From: Bdellovibrionales bacterium
GTDB lineage: Bacteria > Bdellovibrionota > Bdellovibrionia > Bdellovibrionales > Bdellovibrionaceae
Direction: 5' to 3'
Assembly (NCBI GenBank): GCA_031370005.1
Contig: JANMPT010000028.1
Location: 160,001 to 224,000 of the forward strand
DNA: 64,000 nt
The translations under genes and the position numbers were made by a program. This document shows positions 1-8,807 of the stretch, in pieces; position 1 is the stretch's first letter, and each line of letters starts with the position of its first letter. Under the pieces are notes generated by a model. It ran no database searches. It had not been told where the DNA came from and worked only from the letters and a program-made list of their open reading frames with translations.

Positions 1-670
1 TAATACTATTTAGAATTCCATCTAAGAGAATTGACTGAATTTTTAGATCTGAGATATCTTTCTTCTGCTCCTTAAAGGAGTTCTCTTGCAAATAGCGACT
101 CATCAGTATGCAATAACAAGAAACCACAAGCCCCAATAAAAAATACCAAAGCGCAGCTGGCAGTGTCATGCCAAAAAGACTCAATGGCTGTGACGTATTT
201 TCACGTATGTCCTTGATCATGCCGTCCAAAAGAACAACCACCTCGCCGGACTCTGGCACTCCAGCCACAACCCGATCACCGTGGGACCTGCCGCTTTGTT
301 TTCTCTCGAGCCTTTCATTTAGGCCCAAAAAATAAGACCGAGATTTTTTCTGAATCTCAACGAATTTTTTTTGTTGCTCAGGAATCTTTTTAAAGCTGTC
401 TGACAATTCGCTAAAACGCCGTGCGAGCTGGACAATCTCTAGATTATAATCATCTAGATCTTTACTTCTGCCATTCGTCAAATACTGCGCGCTATTTTTT
501 GCGGCCTGATTAATACGTTGGCGCGTTTCAAGAAGTAAAGAAAGACTATAAATATCTGACTTTGAGGTGTTCTCTTGGAAGTAATAGAAACTTGATGCAA
601 CAATTAACAGTACCCCGAATTGGGTTCCGAAACGTCTTAATAAAAAATGGAATAACGAAGACTTATCCAT
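1..670 (-). CDS. N-terminal part of a membrane sensor, probably a histidine kinase (runs off the window edge)
   Basis: Not in ORF track; manual translation from ATG 670 is open to position 1: MDKSSLFHFLLRRFGTQFGVLLIVASSFYYF (TM1), ~140-aa helical periplasmic region, TM2 (ALWYFLLGLVVSCYCILM), then LLDGILNSI, typical of a PAS-domain start. Confidence 0.65.
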   Translation of the reverse strand, partial: MDKSSLFHFLLRRFGTQFGVLLIVASSFYYFQENTSKSDIYSLSLLLETRQRINQAAKNSAQYLTNGRSKDLDDYNLEIVQLARRFSELSDSFKKIPEQQKKFVEIQKKSRSYFLGLNERLERKQSGRSHGDRVVAGVPESGEVVVLLDGMIKDIRENTSQPLSLFGMTLPAALWYFLLGLVVSCYCILMSRYLQENSFKEQKKDISDLKIQSILLDGILNSI

Positions 671-753
671 CTGTAACGTATCGGTAAAATATGTTTTTTT
701 TTAATATGTCAGACGCTACATCAATGCTTTGGTCTAGCCATAAACCTTAAAAA

Positions 754-2175
754 TTACTCTTCTTCTCCTAAATGAGCCTCAGGCATATCGCCTCCCATAG
801 CATTATCTTCAAGATCTCTGTCAGAAAATTCGAAATTCATCTCTTGTGTTTTTACCACACGATGACTGGATTTTAAAAGTTCGCGTCCGTCGCGAAGCAC
901 GCTGACTGAGAGTTTCGAGTTGTTCCTTAAAAAGGGTGCCGCCATCGGCAGTGAGAGAGTTGCATTTTCGGAGCGATGAATAATCTGCCCATCGGCTTTC
1001 CAAACATACTCTTTCATCCCAATATTCATATCTGGACTAGCCTTACCAGAGATGTTTGCTGAAATCTCCTGAGGATTACTCATTTCCATTTTTACATTGA
1101 TATCCAAAGGCTTCACAGAAGCAATACGTAGCGAGTTCAGTGAAGTCTGAGGGGCCTTGTCAAAACGGCCCTCTTTATATGCCGCCAACGTTGCTGCTGG
1201 AATACTTTCCATAAAGTTCTCAAGCTCTTTATATGTCACACATTTCACTTCTGGCTTAGTACAAACCTCACGAGCAAACTCCCTCATTGCATCCCAATAT
1301 GCGCTACCATTCCACTTGCTAAAATGGTGGCCAATGTGAATCGGAGCGCGATTGCCGTAATAATTCGTATCAAAATAACCCATATAAGTATTTAGCATTT
1401 CAGCTTTATACTTTCGATAATTTGAAGAATCATCTTTGCCACCTGATTGAGTGTAAAAAAAATTGTAATCCATCGTAAGAGTTCTTTTGCCGGTACCAGC
1501 AATACGAATTCGCGCCAAAGGAAAATTCCAAACGTCATTAATTTTTTGCGGCCAATAATTCATCGAGGCGGTCTTACTTGTGTCGTAAGTATATTTGTAC
1601 TCTTTCAAAACATTGTACATATCAGGATTATTGCCTAATTGTGGTGCTCTAAATCCAGTTATTTCTTTTGGCGTAAAGTGATAAGGATTAGCATTCGTTG
1701 TCATTCTGATTTTATTAAGGTTGAAAACATTAAAAACCAAATTGTAGAACTGTTTGAATTCACTTTCCCAATCTGCCAATGACCAGGTCGCTCCTGTGAA
1801 GTGACCATTTGCATGAGAAGCGATTTCATTGCCAGAATCATAAGCCTGATTCACAAAGCCTACGCGAGCCTTAATATCTTCCTTTGATTTTCCACCCCAT
1901 CCGATTGCTGAAACGCCAACGCCATGGGTAGGCTCCACATAGTTCGCCTTTTCTGACTTAAGTAAAAAATATACTCCGCTGATAAAATATGTAAACTTTA
2001 GATTATTATCATGAGCAAAACGAAGGGTTTCATCCCACATATCCAAATTCAAAGAGCCATCAAAGCCAAGCAATACATATTGCGGAGGCCTTTCCACTCT
2101 TATGGCTTCCTGTGCCTGGACAAAATTCCCAAAAAGACTTGCGGACATGCAAAGTGCTATAATTATGCTTTTCAT
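754..2175 (-). CDS. Secreted polysaccharide deacetylase (CE4/NodB-like) with C-terminal extra domain
   Basis: Signal peptide; motifs LGFDG, EIASHANGH, GFRAPQL, YDTS, IGHHF. Confidence 0.8.
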   Translation of the reverse strand: MKSIIIALCMSASLFGNFVQAQEAIRVERPPQYVLLGFDGSLNLDMWDETLRFAHDNNLKFTYFISGVYFLLKSEKANYVEPTHGVGVSAIGWGGKSKEDIKARVGFVNQAYDSGNEIASHANGHFTGATWSLADWESEFKQFYNLVFNVFNLNKIRMTTNANPYHFTPKEITGFRAPQLGNNPDMYNVLKEYKYTYDTSKTASMNYWPQKINDVWNFPLARIRIAGTGKRTLTMDYNFFYTQSGGKDDSSNYRKYKAEMLNTYMGYFDTNYYGNRAPIHIGHHFSKWNGSAYWDAMREFAREVCTKPEVKCVTYKELENFMESIPAATLAAYKEGRFDKAPQTSLNSLRIASVKPLDINVKMEMSNPQEISANISGKASPDMNIGMKEYVWKADGQIIHRSENATLSLPMAAPFLRNNSKLSVSVLRDGRELLKSSHRVVKTQEMNFEFSDRDLEDNAMGGDMPEAHLGEEE

Positions 2176-2241
2176 TTGGCACCTGCTTTCCCATTGAGCT
2201 CATTTTGAGCTCAGGGCAATAAAGCCCTGATCAGTCTCCAA

Positions 2242-2257
2242 TGCGACATTCATACCG
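2242..2257 (-). promoter_or_regulatory. Putative sigma54 (-24/-12) promoter for the deacetylase
   Basis: Minus strand CGGTATGAATGTCGCA has GG-N10-GC spacing; TGT-N11-ACA element upstream at 2299-2315. Confidence 0.4.
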
Positions 2258-2334
2258 GTGTTGAAAAACAGTTTGTTTTGATTTAACACTCCGAGGGGTG
2301 TCTAAACTCTTTACAGATGCCGTTAATTTTCGGC

Positions 2335-3693
2335 TCACACTCTCTTGTAATCATCTTGATATCGAACGATATCATCTTCCCCAAAATAACTTCCCAATTG
2401 GACTTCGACAAATTCAAGGATCTCTTCAGAGATATTACGGATGCGGTGCTTTGCTTGAATTGGAATGAAAATATGACTGCCTGCTTTTACTGAAATAACT
2501 TGATCATTAAGAATCACCTCACCCACCCCGCGCGTAATAATCCAGTGCTCGGCTCGTTTACTATGTGATTGGTATGAGATCTGTGACATCGGATTGACAG
2601 TAATAATTTTAGATTTGAAGTGATCAGTGTCACAAAGAATCTCAAAAGCCCCCCAAGGTCGTTTCTCAAAGACATGGTCCTTGATAAGTGTTGAGCCCTG
2701 CTTTTGCAAAGCTTCAACGACTTGCTTAACTTCTTGAGACTCACCCTTTTTAACTACCATTAAAGCGTCAGCTGTATCTACCAAAATAAGATCATTAGTA
2801 CCTACGAAAGAATAGGCTTTTCCTTGGCGACCGAAAACGAAATTGTGATGACCATTTACCTCTAGAGATTTATTGGCAGCATGCCCCTCGGCGACCTGAG
2901 CCACTGCATCCCAGGACCCCACATCACTCCACGCCATATCCGCTGGAATACATGCGAGTTCTTCTGAGCTTAGTTTCTCCATAATTGCGTAATCGATAGA
3001 AACATTTTGGAACTGAGAATAAACTTCGCTGAGATTACTCAGGTCGGATTTTAATTGAGAGACTGTTTTGAAAAGATCTGGTTGAAGTCTTTGAAACTTC
3101 TCAAGGATTGATTTCGCTTTAAAAATAAACATTCCCGCATTCCAAAAATAATCACCAGAAGCCAAAAACTTCTTAGCATTTTCTAATGACGGCTTTTCAT
3201 GAAACTTCAAAACCTTGTTTGACCTAGCTTCTTTTTGAATATAACCATAGCCCGTCGCTGGGTGATCTGGTTGAATACCAAGCGTGACAATTTTATTTTG
3301 TAGTGCTAACTTCTCGGCCTCTTTTACGGCTTGATAAAAAGTCTCAGTGTTTTGAATCAAGTGATCTGATGGAAACACACCAACAACCTCTTCGCCCAAG
3401 CCACGCTGAACCAAAATCTGCGCGAGCACTGCCACCGCCGGTGCGGTGTTTTTCGCCTCTGGTTCATAAATAATATTCACATCTTGAAAACGCAGGTCTT
3501 TCAAGTTGGATTCCGTCAAGACTTTCAATGCTATGCCTGTAACTATCCAAAGCGAACCGAGGCGTTCGCACCTTTTCAAAGTAAGGCTTTGCAAGGAGTC
3601 TTCAAAAATCTCACAGAACTGTTTAGGGAAATTTGCACGAGAAACTGGCCACAGACGAACCCCGCTTCCGCCGGATAAAATTACTGGAATCAC
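2335..3693 (-). CDS. manC: Mannose-1-phosphate guanylyltransferase / mannose-6-phosphate isomerase
   Basis: VILSGGSGVRLWPVSR, PKQF, WNAGMF, WSDVGSW, C-terminal cupin RPWG; GTG start at 3693 with GGAGG RBS. Confidence 0.92.
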   Translation of the reverse strand: MIPVILSGGSGVRLWPVSRANFPKQFCEIFEDSLQSLTLKRCERLGSLWIVTGIALKVLTESNLKDLRFQDVNIIYEPEAKNTAPAVAVLAQILVQRGLGEEVVGVFPSDHLIQNTETFYQAVKEAEKLALQNKIVTLGIQPDHPATGYGYIQKEARSNKVLKFHEKPSLENAKKFLASGDYFWNAGMFIFKAKSILEKFQRLQPDLFKTVSQLKSDLSNLSEVYSQFQNVSIDYAIMEKLSSEELACIPADMAWSDVGSWDAVAQVAEGHAANKSLEVNGHHNFVFGRQGKAYSFVGTNDLILVDTADALMVVKKGESQEVKQVVEALQKQGSTLIKDHVFEKRPWGAFEILCDTDHFKSKIITVNPMSQISYQSHSKRAEHWIITRGVGEVILNDQVISVKAGSHIFIPIQAKHRIRNISEEILEFVEVQLGSYFGEDDIVRYQDDYKRV

Positions 3694-3920
3694 AATGGTT
3701 CCTCCTCTAACAAAGGACCATAAAACCAAAAGGTCTGGTCAAGGTCTACTAATAGCCACAGATTGATTCAGATGGTCATCTAAATCTGAGTCTTATTCGC
3801 GACAGTGTCGAAGAAAACCCACAAAAATCCGCTGAATTTGGACTGCTTTTTCGTCGTGAAAAATTAGACTTTTTGCAATGATAGAGACATAATTAAATCC
3901 TTATCTGGAGGATTTAATTC

Positions 3921-5030
3921 ATGAGCATTCCTTTTATTGACCTGAAAACACAGTATAAAGCCCTTAAGACTTCCATCGACTCGCGTATCCAAAAAGTCCT
4001 TGATCATGGTGCCTATATAAACGGCCCAGAAATTGCCGAACTCGAAGCAAAACTCGCACAACACTCCGGCGCAAAATACGCTCTCACCTGTGCCAGTGGT
4101 ACTGACGCCCTTGTATTACCTTTGATGGCCTTAGGCATAGGCTCTGGCGATGAGGTTATCACCACAGCCTTCTCTTTTATTGCAACGGCAGAGACCATTT
4201 GTCTTGTTGGCGCAAAGCCTATCTTTGTAGACATTGATCCTATCACCTACAATATTGATTTAAAAGCCCTGGAGAAAGCTATCACGCCAAAAACAAAAGC
4301 CATAATGCCTGTTTCTTTGTATGGTCAAATGGCAGACATGGATGAAATCAATGTCCTCGCTAAAAAACACAATCTTTTTGTGATTGAAGATGCGGCACAA
4401 AGTTACGGCGCAAGTTACAAAGACCGCAAATCTTGTAACACCTCTCTTGTTGGCGCAACGAGTTTCTTTCCAGCAAAACCGCTTGGTTGCTATGGAGATG
4501 GTGGTGCAGTTTTTACCAATGACGAAAAACTTTTAAAAGTAATGAAGGAAATCCGCGAGCACGGTTCTGAGTCTCGTTACTATCACACGCGCTTAGGCAT
4601 CAACGGCCGTTTGGACACCATCCAATGCGCTATTCTTTTGGCTAAAATGGAAAGATACGACTGGGAAATTGAACAAAGACAAAAAATTGCCACCCGCTTT
4701 AATGAAGCTTTTTCAGCTATCAAGGCCCCAGGTTTTACTACTCCAGTAGTTAAAGCCGACCGTCAAAGCGCTTGGGCACAATACACCTTGTCTGTGGAAA
4801 ACCGCACTGAATTCCAGAAGAAACTCACAGACGCGGGCGTGCCCACTTCTGTGCATTATCCTCGCACGATGCCAGATCAACCTTGGTACAAAGAAAATAC
4901 GCCTTGCAATAACGACATCTCCAGGGCTCGCCACGCTGCGGAGCATGTGATTAGCTTGCCAATGTTTCCAGATATGGATACAGCAACTCAGGACAAAATC
5001 ATTGCCACTGTTATCAGCGCAATGAAGTAA
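3921..5030 (+). CDS. DegT/DnrJ/EryC1/StrS sugar aminotransferase (WbpE/GnnB-like)
   Basis: SGTDAL, IEDAAQ, SFFPAKPLGCYGDGG PLP-lysine motif; GGAGG RBS. Confidence 0.9.
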   Translation: MSIPFIDLKTQYKALKTSIDSRIQKVLDHGAYINGPEIAELEAKLAQHSGAKYALTCASGTDALVLPLMALGIGSGDEVITTAFSFIATAETICLVGAKPIFVDIDPITYNIDLKALEKAITPKTKAIMPVSLYGQMADMDEINVLAKKHNLFVIEDAAQSYGASYKDRKSCNTSLVGATSFFPAKPLGCYGDGGAVFTNDEKLLKVMKEIREHGSESRYYHTRLGINGRLDTIQCAILLAKMERYDWEIEQRQKIATRFNEAFSAIKAPGFTTPVVKADRQSAWAQYTLSVENRTEFQKKLTDAGVPTSVHYPRTMPDQPWYKENTPCNNDISRARHAAEHVISLPMFPDMDTATQDKIIATVISAMK

Positions 5031-5038
5031 GGATTTTC

Positions 5039-5890
5039 ATGTCTACGGGTTTTAAAGCGCTTGAAAAAACAGTAACCATGCAAACCTCTCAGGGACCCAT
5101 TACTTGGGGAGATGGGAAGAATTTCGTTCTCTTCGCGGGCCCTGATATTATTGAAGATGAGGGTATGGTTTTAGAAACAGGCAAAGAAATTCAAAGAATC
5201 ACAAAGGCTTTAGGTATTCCGTGGATTTTGAAATGCTCTTTTGACAAAGCAAATCGTCAAAGTGCTAGTAGCTTCCGTGGTCCTGGAACTAATAGTGCGC
5301 TTAGAAGCTTAGATAAAATCAAAACCGAATTAAACTGCCCACTTTTAACAGATATCCATGAAACCATTCAGGTTGAAGACACAGCAAAGGTTGCCGACGT
5401 TTTGCAAATCCCCGCCTTTCTTTCTCGTCAAACAGACTTGTTAGTGGCCGCTGCAAAAACACAGAAAATCATTCATATCAAAAAGGGTCAGTTCTTGGCT
5501 CCTTGGGATATGAGGGCTATCGCCAATAAAGCCGTAGCTGCGGGGAACAGCAAGCTTCTTCTTTGTGAGCGTGGAACAACTTTTGGATACAATCGTTTAA
5601 TTAACGATATGACGGGCTTGATCGAAATGCGCAATCTTGGGTTCCCGGTAATTATGGATGCAACTCACTCCACTCAACTTCCGGGAGCTACTGGCGAAAG
5701 CAGCGGCGGCCGCGGCGAGATGGTTTGGCCCTTAGCTAGAGCGGCGGTAGCTGTGGGCGTAGATGGAGTTTTTCTAGAAACGCATCCAAATCCGGAAGTG
5801 GCACTTTGCGATGGTCCGACATCACTTCCGCTTAGAAATTTAGAAGCAATGCTTAAGAATCTACAAAAAATCTGGCAAACACACTTCTAA
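5039..5890 (+). CDS. kdsA: KDO-8-phosphate synthase with atypical active-site residues
   Basis: SFDKANR, LQIPAFLSRQTDL, IKKGQF, CERG, DATHS, FLETHP, CDGP. Confidence 0.88.
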   Translation: MSTGFKALEKTVTMQTSQGPITWGDGKNFVLFAGPDIIEDEGMVLETGKEIQRITKALGIPWILKCSFDKANRQSASSFRGPGTNSALRSLDKIKTELNCPLLTDIHETIQVEDTAKVADVLQIPAFLSRQTDLLVAAAKTQKIIHIKKGQFLAPWDMRAIANKAVAAGNSKLLLCERGTTFGYNRLINDMTGLIEMRNLGFPVIMDATHSTQLPGATGESSGGRGEMVWPLARAAVAVGVDGVFLETHPNPEVALCDGPTSLPLRNLEAMLKNLQKIWQTHF

Positions 5891-5907
5891 TTCGACGGAT
5901 CTAACTC

Positions 5908-6888
5908 ATGCAGAAAAAAGTAAAGAACATCCTCATCCAAACTCTAAAGATTGGCTTTTCTGCGGGCCTTATTTTTTGGCTTATCCAATCAGGCAAATTG
6001 AATTTTAAAGCTCTTGCCAGCCTCTTGCGTCCGGAATATTTAATACCAGGATTTTTACTAATCGCTGGAAGCATGTATCTAACCAGCGAGCGTTGGCGCA
6101 TTCTTTTGCAAACCCAAAGCCATCATCTCAAATCATGGAAAACTTTTAAGCTAACCATGATCGGAGTTTTTTTTAACTTTGCAGTCCCTGGCGGCGTTGG
6201 CGGAGACATTGTTAAAGCTTTCTATTTCACTAAAGATTATCCTGAGTCCAAAATGGCGGCCGCGACAAGCGTCCTCATGGACCGTATTCTCGGACTTTAT
6301 GCGATGATCTTAATGGCTCTCCTTGCTATGCTTTTTGACTGGAAGCATATCCAAACAAACAGCTCCCTACATTTCCTTTTGATAATCGTCTTAACCTTGT
6401 TCTGCGGCGCCTCCGTCGCTTTTGCATTAGTATTTTCGCAAAAAATATACGATCGAGGATCTTTTAAAAGACGACTTGAGAAGCTTCCGCTTCACAACAA
6501 AACTATTCGTATTTATGAGTCTATTCATCTCTATGGCCGCAGTTATAAAAATCTTATCAGCAGTATTTCTATCAGTCTCTTGGCTCAATCATTCTCAATT
6601 GTATTCATGATCTTAGCTGGTCACGCTTCAGGACTCGGCACAGAGATGCAATGGTCTACTTACTTCCTCGTGGCTCCACTTGGATTTATGGCTACAGCTA
6701 TCCCTATTTCGCCGGCAGGGGTCGGCATTGGCCAAGCTGCCTTTTACTTTCTATTTAATCTTTATACCGGGCACGCCACTGACTTGGGGCCAACCGTAGT
6801 CACCGCCTACCAAGTAACTCAGTTTCTTCTGGGACTCCTTGGTGCTTTTTTCTATATGCAAAGAAAAGAAAAAGCGCCAAGTCCATAG
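5908..6888 (+). CDS. UPF0104 / lysylphosphatidylglycerol synthase TM-domain (flippase-like) membrane protein
   Basis: Multi-TM; RW..LL, FFNFAVPGGVGGD, DR, PISPAGVG motifs. Confidence 0.85.
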   Translation: MQKKVKNILIQTLKIGFSAGLIFWLIQSGKLNFKALASLLRPEYLIPGFLLIAGSMYLTSERWRILLQTQSHHLKSWKTFKLTMIGVFFNFAVPGGVGGDIVKAFYFTKDYPESKMAAATSVLMDRILGLYAMILMALLAMLFDWKHIQTNSSLHFLLIIVLTLFCGASVAFALVFSQKIYDRGSFKRRLEKLPLHNKTIRIYESIHLYGRSYKNLISSISISLLAQSFSIVFMILAGHASGLGTEMQWSTYFLVAPLGFMATAIPISPAGVGIGQAAFYFLFNLYTGHATDLGPTVVTAYQVTQFLLGLLGAFFYMQRKEKAPSP

Positions 6889-6898
6889 TTTCTATTTT

Positions 6899-7498
6899 TT
6901 AAATTAAAATTTCCGAAAAATTCGCAATCAATTTATATTTGAAATCAGAATGTGTCTTTTGAAATTCTTGAAGTTTCAAAATCTCGTGCTCTTGCTTTTC
7001 TGAAGTCACAAGATAGAGCCTACGCACTCCTGACAAAAATGCCGGCATCAAATCTGTTGCACTATCACCCACCATTGCCGAGGAAAAAAATGAAACACCC
7101 AACTCTTCTTCCGCATGTTTAAACATGCCGACATCAGGCTTGCGATAGTGTGGACGAGCTTGCGCCTGTTTAAACTCCGTCCCATCGTAGTATGGCGCAC
7201 AAAGTGCCAAATCTGCCCACTCACCTTGAGCCGCAAGCAACTGACACATTTTCTGATGAACCTGACGATAGGCCGTCCAAGAAAAATAACCACGCCCAAG
7301 TCCTGATTGATTGCTTACGATCACAATCCACATGCCAAGGCCATGAGCTTTTTTAAAGAGTTCTATTACTCCAGGCCTTAAGGTCACCTTTGAAAGATCT
7401 GTATTGTAAGGAATGTCATGAATGATCACACCATCACGATCCAAAAACAAACAAGCTTGTGTTCCAAAACCCTCTAAGGACCTCTCGCTCTTTGACAT
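6899..7498 (-). CDS. gmhB: HAD-IIIA phosphatase, D,D-heptose 1,7-bisphosphate phosphatase
   Basis: FLDRDGVI, VSNQSGLGRG, RKP, MVGD; adjacent to gmhA. Confidence 0.82.
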   Translation of the reverse strand: MSKSERSLEGFGTQACLFLDRDGVIIHDIPYNTDLSKVTLRPGVIELFKKAHGLGMWIVIVSNQSGLGRGYFSWTAYRQVHQKMCQLLAAQGEWADLALCAPYYDGTEFKQAQARPHYRKPDVGMFKHAEEELGVSFFSSAMVGDSATDLMPAFLSGVRRLYLVTSEKQEHEILKLQEFQKTHSDFKYKLIANFSEILI

Positions 7499-8107
7499 TT
7501 AGGAGTACTTCACCAATCCGGCCTCAACGAGAGCCTTTTCGATCATGAAACACAAAGTGTGATAAGTCGCAATATGCGCTTCCTGGATATTCGCCGTGTT
7601 TGAACCTGGAGCGATGATATAGTGATCAGCCAAATTCATGGCTTTAATTTTTCCACCACCCTTACCCGAAAGAAGTATGCTCTTCGCACCGACCTTACGG
7701 CAGGCCTCCAGGGCAGTGATAATATTGCTCGAATTACCAGAAGTAGTAATTGCCAAAAACGTGTCTTCGGGCTTCATCAAACCCATCACTTGACGTGAAA
7801 AAATATGATCATAACCATAGTCATTACCAACGGCCGTCAAAAAAGAAGTATCCACAGTTAATGCAAATGCACGAATCGGGGTACGATCCTGGGCAAGTTT
7901 TCCAACAAGTTCTGCAGAAATATGCTGTGCATCGGCTGCTGAACCGCCGTTCCCAGCAATATATAGGCATCCGCCCTTTTTATAAGACTCTACGATCACC
8001 TCAATTGCTCCAACGAAGCAATTGAGAACCTCCTCAGATTGAGATAGGGCTAGCATGTTTTGAGCGGACATTTGAAAACTCTCACGTATATAGGCCTTGT
8101 AATCCAT
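7499..8107 (-). CDS. gmhA: Phosphoheptose isomerase (SIS domain)
   Basis: GNGGSAADAQH, NDYGY, TSGNS, IQEAH; start moved to ATG 8107. Confidence 0.9.
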   Translation of the reverse strand: MDYKAYIRESFQMSAQNMLALSQSEEVLNCFVGAIEVIVESYKKGGCLYIAGNGGSAADAQHISAELVGKLAQDRTPIRAFALTVDTSFLTAVGNDYGYDHIFSRQVMGLMKPEDTFLAITTSGNSSNIITALEACRKVGAKSILLSGKGGGKIKAMNLADHYIIAPGSNTANIQEAHIATYHTLCFMIEKALVEAGLVKYS

Positions 8108-8205
8108 TAAAACCCCACAAAAAAACAGCATAGCAAAGAAGCCCTCCAGAATCACCTGCGTTCTGCCACAGCTGCCATCTCTACTCACTGCGAAAAATCA
8201 AAAGA

Positions 8206-8234
8206 TTGCCAATGCTTAGCTGTCTTTCTAACCT
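8206..8234 (+). promoter_or_regulatory. Putative sigma70 promoter
   Basis: TTGCCA-N17-TAACCT upstream of the 8283 gene. Confidence 0.45.
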
Positions 8235-8282
8235 GGGTATGTTCACCTCTGAATCGTACTAACAAAATACACTAGGAGAGTT

Positions 8283-8807
8283 ATGACTTTGCTATTAAAG
8301 CAGATTTTTTCCTTCTTCCAGCTTCTGAACTCAGAAACTGGCACCAACCAATTAGCAGCTGGTTTGGCTTGCGGACTAATTTTGGGGTTCTCCCCGTTCC
8401 TGTCCATTCAAACCCTGCTGATTCTCTGCCTGGTATTCTTCTTTCGCATTCAAATGGGCGCGGCCTTTTTGTCGGCCTTTTTCTTTAAATTTGTGGCCTT
8501 TGTCACAGATCCGATAGCAGATCATTTAGGACGCACAGTCCTTGAGACCGAATCCCTGCGCCCCCTATTCACACAAATGTACAATATGCCATTAGTTCCG
8601 TTCACTCGCTTCAATAATTCCGTTGTAATGGGTTCGGCGATTGTCGGTCTGATATTAGTAATTCCAGCATTTTTTATTTTTCGCGTCTTGATCTTGAAAT
8701 ATCGCGCCACTTTCGTTGCCAGATTTAAAGGCACGAAAATTTGGAGAAGCTTCGCCGCGACAAAAGTTTATGGCTGGTACTCTAAATACAACGAACTTCG
8801 CGGGTGA
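8283..8807 (+). CDS. TIGR03546-family (DUF2062-like) inner-membrane protein
   Basis: LLNSE..NQLAAG, YNMPLVPFTRFNNSVVMG signature; hydrophobic; coupled to next gene. Confidence 0.75.
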   Translation: MTLLLKQIFSFFQLLNSETGTNQLAAGLACGLILGFSPFLSIQTLLILCLVFFFRIQMGAAFLSAFFFKFVAFVTDPIADHLGRTVLETESLRPLFTQMYNMPLVPFTRFNNSVVMGSAIVGLILVIPAFFIFRVLILKYRATFVARFKGTKIWRSFAATKVYGWYSKYNELRG

